From positions 248,001-312,000 of the forward strand of contig CP060768.1 of the NCBI GenBank assembly GCA_023205875.1: 64,000 nucleotides of DNA, in the 5' to 3' direction. Under the pieces are notes generated by a model. The model was not told where the DNA came from. It ran no database searches and saw only the letters and a program-made list of their open reading frames with translations. Origin of the DNA: Chloropicon primus (lineage: Eukaryota). The position numbers were made by a program, and so were the translations under genes. This document shows positions 57,202-64,000 of this stretch, piece after piece (the stretch's first letter is position 1; each line of letters opens with the position of its first letter).

Positions 57202-59421
57202 TCAGTACAAGGAGTCCTCCAGCATCAAGAGCTTGTGGATGAGGAAGGCGTACTGGATGTTGTTCGTGCCGAGGATGTTCTCCAACTTTGCTTGAGTTTC
57301 CACCTCCGGATCGCCCTCCGTCTGCCCGATCTTGCGAAGGTACTTGTACACCCCGATGAACTTCGCCTCGCCTATCTTGTCCTCGAGAGTCACCCGGAGG
57401 CTCTCTATCCTCTGCCCTATGCCGACCCGGAGGGCGAGCTCCTTGCCGGAATTTCCGTTCCCGAGGTGCTCGGCCGCCGCGAGGACCCCGGGCGATCCCT
57501 CGTGGGTGGTCCGAACGTTGCGGTTCACGATGAAGGTTCCGTCGCCTTCCAGGAGGCTCTCGTCTCGGTGGTCCCTCCTTCCGCTGGCCTGCTTCGAGCG
57601 TTGCTGACCGCCGCCCACCGCCGCCGCGGCAGCCTTCTTTGGCTGCCGAATCATGGAGTTCTCCTTGGCAGACACGAAGATCTCGACCACGGGAAACTTC
57701 TTCTCGGGCGCCTTCCTCCTGTTGCTCTCCCCCTTGTGGTTGCCCTCACGCCCCTGCACGGCGAGGGCGGGGGCGGCCTTCGTCGTCTCCACCACAAAGT
57801 TTTCAATCTTTGCGGGAATTTTCTCCAGCACGGGGTCACCGCTGGCCCGCCTCTCGTCATCCGGGGCCACGAGCTTCCCCCTCTGCCTCTCGGCAAAGGC
57901 GGCGCCTGCCGCCCGGAGCATGTCCTTCGACAGCCTAGGCTTCACGTTCTTCATGCCGGATTTGTGCCTCGCCATCTGCTTCTTGATCTGCTCGTCCCTC
58001 TTCAGCTTGGCCTCCTTGTTTGCCCTGATCTCCGCGTGAAGGGCTTCGCTCTTGGCGACCTTCTTGGCCTCCTCCTGGGCCTTGAGCCGGTACATCTCGT
58101 CTTTCTCCCGCTGCTCACGGAGCCAGCGCTTCTTTGACCACTTCTCGTCCACCGGAATTCTTCGAGCCCCGCCGCCTCCGCCCCCGCCCCGCCGCTCGGT
58201 CGACGGAACCCTGGTTGGCACGTTCCTGAAGACCGGCATGGGCTTCCTCTCTCGCTCTGGCGCCGTTCTTCGAGGCACCTGCGGCTGCTTGCCGACGGCA
58301 AGCCTGCCGTTCTCCCTTCCCCTCAAGTGGCTCTCCCCCGGCGGTCGCTGCGGAGACGCCTTCGCCGCTCCCTCACCCTTCTGAATGTTCAGTGCCTGCC
58401 CGAGCTCCTTCAAGGCGGCCTCCTGCTCCTTGAACCAGTCCTTCTTCTCGGGCTCGGCCGGCATCGGCGGATCGCTCGGCTCGGCGGATTCGGGCTGCTC
58501 GGATCTCGGCGCCGGCAGGTCCCCGTTCCCTTGGACGGCGGCCGCGTCGTTCCCAGCACAACCCTGCTGCCTCTCATCGTTCTTCTCCCTCTTCCTCTGG
58601 AGTTTGGCAAGGAACTTGTCGAGGTGCTGCTTCACGTACGGCTGGGAGAGCATCTGCTTCACGCTCGGCCTGCTTTGGGGGTTCCTCCTGAACATGCTGT
58701 CGATCAGCCTCTTGAGCTTGGGACTGTACCTATTCGATATCGCTGGGTACTTGCCGCTGAGAATCTTCAGCACCAGAGCGGGCAAGCTCTGGCCGTCAAA
58801 GGCGTGGTTCAAGGTCGTGAGCTCGTAAAGGATGCACCCCAGGGCCCAGACATCACTCTTCTGGTTGTACGGCTTGTCCTCGCAAATCTCGGGGCTGAGG
58901 TAGTAAGGCGTGCCGATCGCAGTCTTCGCCACATCAGAGGAAGTGTTCAGGACCTTTGCGATTCCAAAGTCTCCGACTTTGAGCAAGCCCTCCTTTGTCA
59001 CGAAGATGTTTTTACTTTTCAGGTCTCTGTGCAAGATGTTCTGCTTGTGTATGTGGCTGACGGCGAGAGCTATCTGCACGAAGAAGTGCATGATCTCGTC
59101 CTCAGACAAGAGCTTGTGCTGACTCTTGCGCTTCTGGATGAGGGTGTACAGCTCTCCTCGCTCTGCAAACTCCATGAAGATATTCAGGGCTCCGTCCTCG
59201 ATGATGCACTCGTAGTACTTGGTGATATTGATGTTGTCGAACTTTTGGAGGAACTCGACCTCCAGTCGAGCGTCTGTCTGCTCCTTGTCCGTCATGTTCT
59301 TCATGTTCACCCTCTTGCAAACAAGTGCTTTGCCATCCGAGATTCTCTTGGCGAGAAAGACTGTGCCATAAGCACCTCTCCCGATAGCCTTCACCAACCG
59401 ATACTTGTCCGCCAGCGCCAT
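57202..59421 (-). CDS. NIMA-related (NEK1-like) Ser/Thr kinase
   Basis: IGRGAYG, HRDLKSKNIF, DFG, IGTPYYLSPEICEDKPYNQKSDVWALGC. C-terminal IESLRVTLEDKIG..KF..VY region resembles the NEK1 family tail. Confidence 0.92.
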   Translation of the reverse strand: MALADKYRLVKAIGRGAYGTVFLAKRISDGKALVCKRVNMKNMTDKEQTDARLEVEFLQKFDNINITKYYECIIEDGALNIFMEFAERGELYTLIQKRKSQHKLLSEDEIMHFFVQIALAVSHIHKQNILHRDLKSKNIFVTKEGLLKVGDFGIAKVLNTSSDVAKTAIGTPYYLSPEICEDKPYNQKSDVWALGCILYELTTLNHAFDGQSLPALVLKILSGKYPAISNRYSPKLKRLIDSMFRRNPQSRPSVKQMLSQPYVKQHLDKFLAKLQRKREKNDERQQGCAGNDAAAVQGNGDLPAPRSEQPESAEPSDPPMPAEPEKKDWFKEQEAALKELGQALNIQKGEGAAKASPQRPPGESHLRGRENGRLAVGKQPQVPRRTAPERERKPMPVFRNVPTRVPSTERRGGGGGGGARRIPVDEKWSKKRWLREQREKDEMYRLKAQEEAKKVAKSEALHAEIRANKEAKLKRDEQIKKQMARHKSGMKNVKPRLSKDMLRAAGAAFAERQRGKLVAPDDERRASGDPVLEKIPAKIENFVVETTKAAPALAVQGREGNHKGESNRRKAPEKKFPVVEIFVSAKENSMIRQPKKAAAAAVGGGQQRSKQASGRRDHRDESLLEGDGTFIVNRNVRTTHEGSPGVLAAAEHLGNGNSGKELALRVGIGQRIESLRVTLEDKIGEAKFIGVYKYLRKIGQTEGDPEVETQAKLENILGTNNIQYAFLIHKLLMLEDSLY

Positions 59422-59473
59422 CCTGCTGCTTCTGCACACACACACACGCACACACACACACCAGAGAGGCCTT

Positions 59474-59765
59474 CCCTTCTCCTTGGGACAATTTCTGGAT
59501 GCAGGCACCTCAATCCGAATCTACATATACCGATGTGAACCCGATGAATGACACACAAGACTCCTCTCCCTTCCTCCTGGCCTCCCAAGACTCCGCCTTG
59601 CCCCTTCTCCTCTCCTTGTCCCTTCCTTTGACACCTCTACCCCCCCTTCTCCTTGGGACAATTTCTGGATGCAGGCCCCTCGATCCGAGTCTACATATAC
59701 CGATGTGAACCCGATGAATGACACACAAGACTCCTCTCCCTTCCTCCTGGCCTCCCAAGACTCCG
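59474..59765. repeat. Tandem duplication, 170-bp offset
   Basis: 59474-59595 and 59644-59765 match over 122 bp with 3 substitutions. Confidence 0.95.
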
Positions 59766-60107
59766 TCGTCGTCTTGCCGCTCCTGTGTGCCGCTCCTTTC
59801 CTCTCCCTCTCCTTCCCCCTCCACCTTTGACAGATGAAATTTTTTGAAGATGAAAATTTTTTGGGTTCCTTCGGAGACGGACGGCTTTGGAGACCGCGTT
59901 CTCCAGGTGGAGATTTTTGAACGTGCTCCGCGTCCTGGCTCTATCATCTTGGACGAGCACCAAGGCCAATAGCCTCCTTGGCCATAGCCTCTTTGCCTTG
60001 GTCTTGGCCTCCCTCCCACTTTCACTTTCACTTTCACTTCCACCTCCATTGAATTCTCTTCAAAGCCATTGCCTTTGGAGTTGCCAGACGCAGGAGTCGG
60101 TCGCACC

Positions 60108-63100
60108 ATGGGTGGTGGGACGTCAAAGTAAGTTGACTTTCGAGGGGCAATGCCACCGTGTGGCTGGGTAGCTTTGGGTACCTGCCTTTTTTTGCAGACG
60201 AATGAAGCGCTTCAGCTGTTTTGACTGACTTCTGAACGATGAACTCGACTCGTTTTGACTTGCCGTTGCAGACGCTCGAGGTTGGAAAACCTAGAGGAGG
60301 ATCCAGACGTGGAAGTAGACCTCGAGGAGGAAGAGGAGTATCAGGAGGTACGTTTGCCCTCAGAGTGGGAAACTCGGGAAGTGCCTGACCTGGTCCGCAA
60401 CACAAAGTTACTGACAACACCTTGCTGCTCTGCATTTTTGTGCATGCTCTTCACGTCGATTCACAGGGAGGAGGTGACCAGAGGCTGGTAGCTGGGGTGA
60501 AGAATGTAGACAAGAGCAAACAAAAGTTGAGCTCGTATCCCTCGGAACTGAGCAAGTACCGAGAGCTTGAAACCGTCGATTTGTCTTGGAACTTCATCAA
60601 GGTAAGCTCGGACGCCATCTTTGGACACCGAAATGGTGCGTGTGCGTGTGACTGACAAGCGTTTGACCTCCTCGCCTCGCGGCCAAGCACAGTCGATTCC
60701 AAACTATCACTGCTCGGGTTTGAACTTTTTGAGGGAGCTTCGGATCCCTTTCAACAAGTTGGAGGACCTCCCAGAGTCCTTCGGCAACCTCAGGGAGCTT
60801 CGAATTCTGGACGTCCAAGGGAACGCGCTGAGTTACCTCCCCGAGTCGTTCGTGCTGCTTCCAAAGCTTGAGGTGTTCTTCGCCGCGAAGAATGACCTGA
60901 GGCAGTTCCCGAGGGAGCTCAAGTCGATGGAGTGCTTGCACACGCTGGACCTAGGATACAATAAGATCGTTCGTGTTGGCCGGACGATAGGAACCCTGAA
61001 AAGCTTGCAGCATTTCTCGATCACGCACAATGAAGTGAAAGAGTTGCCTCCGGAGATGGGCAGGCTGAAGCACTTGCAGACTCTTGACTTGTCCTACAAC
61101 GAACTGACGGAGCTGCCAAAGGAGCTGGGAAGATGTCAGCAGATTATGTTCCTCGATGTGTCCCACAACTTTCTGCGGGCGATGCCGTACCAGCTCTGCG
61201 AGTGCCAGGTCCTCCAGCACCTTGACTGCAGTCACAACAAGCTCGTGGACATTCCGCAGCAGTACTGCTACATAAGAACCCTTCGCAGGCTGAACGTCTC
61301 GGACAACAGGATCATAGGATTCGATGGCCCGATACACTTTTGGATCAACTTGCAGTCGCTGGACGTGTCGAACAACAACCTGATGGTCATCCCCCTGGAG
61401 TTCAGTCAGCTGCCGCTCCTCGACTTGTACATGCACGGGAACCCGGAGCTCAAGATACCAGACAAGGCCCTTGAGGGCGGGACGATCTCTTTGCTTTGCT
61501 ACCTTGGAACTATTGGGGCACAGCACAGGATGATGTCGGATTACATCGACAGCTTGACGTTCAGCAACAGCGACAAGAACAAGGACAAGCAGGACGAGGA
61601 GGGGGAAGAGATTGGAAGGTTGATCGCGGGTGATAACACGAACCAGATCATTGTGGCGAGCACCTCCGAGGAGAGGAGCAAGATTCATGAGGAGATCAGG
61701 CAGACGAGGGAGTGGCTTGAGGCCGACCCCCGGCGAGCGCGGTTGGCGATGACCATGAAGGAGAAGCAGAAGGTGTTGAGGAAAGAGGTTGAGCAGACTA
61801 GAAAATTCCTGGCAATGAAAAAGATGGAACTGGGCAACCCCCACGTTCTGCTGATGGAGCGAGCGCGTTACACCGGGATACTGAATCTCAAGTCAACGAA
61901 CTTAAAGTCGATTCCCCCGGAAGTTCAGGACCTCAAGGACTTGAAGGTGGCTGACTTTAGGATGAACACCTTGACCGCGCTGGATGAGCACATACTGGGG
62001 CACGAGACTCTGACCGTCTTGGACGCTTCTCACAACCACATCACCCACCTGTCGTCCCAAGCGAACCTTCCAAGCCTGAAGGTCCTTTGCCTGGCCTTCA
62101 ATGACCTGAAGAAGCTCCCTGGCGACCTGGCTCGGAAAGCTCAGGGGATGGAGGTACTTTACCTGTCAGGGAATGACCTCTCTTCCCTTCCCGAGACCTT
62201 TAGCGAGCTGAGGGTGAAGGATCTTTACGTCAGCGAGAACAAGTTCGCGTCGGTGCCAACTCAAATCCTGGACATGACCCAGATCACCAAGCTGTCCCTG
62301 TCTTGCAATGCGCTGAGCTTCATACCACCCCAGATGGCGAATCTCGTGAACTTGCAGTTCCTCGACATTAGTTTCAACAACATCAAGGAGCTGCCCAAGC
62401 AGTTTGGAGAGCTGCCGAACTTGGAGAGGCTCAACGCGGGCTTCAACCCCCTGGGTCCTGAGCTTCCCGCGTGCCTGTCGACGCTTCCCAAGCTAGCGGA
62501 GCTGAACCTGGACTTCTCGGACATTCAGACGATTCCTCTGGAGTTCGGGGAGATGGCCGCGCTGCAGGAGATCCAGCTCGAGGGGAACAACCTCGAGCAT
62601 CCATTTGACGTGATTTACAAGAAGTCGCCCCTTCTGCTGGTCAGCCTCTTCGACACGGAGACAGAGAGCTTGGATCTCTCTAACTGCGGCATGGAGGAGA
62701 TCCCGAGCGAGATTGGCAGGCTGCAAAGGCTGTACAGCCTCGACCTCAGCGACAACAACATCACAACCGTTCCTTTTGCGATCGGGCAACTGTACAACCT
62801 CGTCACGTTTAGCCTGGAGGGCAACCCCCTGAAAGCGCCTTTCAACCAGGTGAGGCGGCAGCCTTATGGGGACTTGGCCATCGTGGCATTCCTGGACACC
62901 CAGGCCGTTGAGCTTGATCTCACCGGTTGCTCTTTCATGGAGCTGCCAGAGTCGATGCAGCGGCACTCGAGGGAACTTGAGAGTCTGAACCTGAGTGACA
63001 ACATTCTGCACGAGCTTCCTGACTACTTCACGAGCTTCCAGAACCTCACCAGCCTCGTGCTGGACAACAACAGGTTCCAGGAGTTCCCCGAGGAAGTCTG

Positions 63101-63875
63101 CTTGCTCCGGAACCTGGAGGTGCTGAGCATCTCGAAGACTGAGATTTCAGAAATTTCGCCCTCCATCGTGGAGCTGGAGAAGCTCGAGAAGCTGGCCTTG
63201 GACAGCAACGACATTCGCGAGGTTCCAAAGTGCCTCGTTCTGATGAAGACCCTCGAAGTCTTGCAGCTCTCCAACAACAAGATCCAGGAGTTGCCCCTTT
63301 CCATCGGCAACCTCACCAACCTTCACGTGCTGGACGTCTCTTGCAACGACATCCCAACGCTCCCGCCCTCGCTTGGGGACATGTCCAAGCTCGAGGTGCT
63401 TGATGCCAAGATAAACCAGCTCAAGGTCGTGCCGGAGGAGATCGGGGAGTGCGACAATTTGAAGCACCTGAACCTGTCGAACAACGTCCTCGTCGCCCTT
63501 CCCCAGAGGCTTGGGAGGCTCAAGGACCTGGTGGCCCTGAAGCTGGCGGCGAACCAGCTCCGAAAGCTGCCTTACGAGATGTTGGACCTCGAGTTCCTGG
63601 AGGAGGTGCAGCTGTACGGCAACCCGCTTCCCAACGTGCCGTCGGCGCTCAACGTGAAGGGCACGGAGAACAGCCGTTTCCTTATGCAGAGTCTGCAGAA
63701 AATTCTCTACCCCAGCGGAGACCCGGACGCGGTGGCCGCGGGAGGCTCGAACGCGTCCAAGATGCTTCAGAACGTCGGCAACCTCACCGGGACCCTCAAC
63801 GGCTCCCCAAAAGCCAGGCGGACTCTCGACATGGACGCCGCGATGGAGGGATCGCCCGCTGCGACGCCATCCTAA
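60108..63875 (+). CDS. Large LRR protein with predicted N-myristoylation; exons 60108-60127, 60272-60347, 60467-60601, 60693-63875
   Basis: Many LxxLxLxxNxLxxLP repeats in several blocks. Three upstream exons splice in frame via GT-AG to give MGGGTSKRSRLENLEEDPD...LSWNFIK|SIPNY. Confidence 0.88.
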
Positions 63876-64000
63876 CAGCAGAAGAGCCCAATCCCATTGA
63901 TCCAATAAAATCGTTACTACTAGACTGTCACATTATGATGGGGAGAGCCCTGGGATGCGCTGGAGTGCCCGGGTCCATGAACTGGGAATATTCCCAGAAG

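Noticed and set aside
59474..59765. Direct repeats as CRISPR array or LTRs
   Set aside because: Eukaryotic context, only two long adjacent copies, and no spacers, cas genes or internal retroelement ORF.
63983..63998. Palindrome ctgggaatattcccag at the window edge
   Set aside because: Isolated short palindrome whose context is cut off by the window boundary.

Overview
Gene-dense, GC-rich eukaryotic nuclear DNA with few short GT-AG introns, (CT)n/(CA)n microsatellites and TGTAA signals after stop codons. It encodes nuclear plastid proteins (Psb28, Rubisco activase, FtsHi), so the source is a compact-genome green alga (Chloropicon-like; inferred from genome style only). About 27 protein genes are supported: Psb28, KDM5-type JmjC demethylase, ECF/ABCI ATPase, UTP12/WDR3, Rubisco activase, proteasome beta5, SWT1-like PIN nuclease, secreted subtilisin-TSP1-NIDO protein, RTF1, PRR/TOC1-like, LRRC56/ODA8, FtsHi, WDR81-like BEACH, TPX2-like, LamG protein, glycine-rich RRM protein, GAA1, ARM protein, WDR26, CCA1/LHY-like MYB, NEK kinase, a large LRR protein and several hypotheticals. 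No rRNA, tRNA, CRISPR array or intact transposon was recognised. Most notable: (1) both halves of the minimal green-lineage clock loop (PRR/TOC1, with an intact phospho-acceptor Asp, and CCA1/LHY) lie about 31 kb apart with a GRP7-like gene between them; (2) three unrelated promoter-proximal tandem duplications have offsets of 170-173 bp, about one nucleosome repeat; (3) a nested, possibly switchable, RNA-like structure sits upstream of Rubisco activase; (4) manual splicing reveals a UIM-like motif in the demethylase, a myristoylation micro-exon in the LRR gene and an 87-aa membrane microprotein. All calls come from reading motifs by eye; no searches were run.
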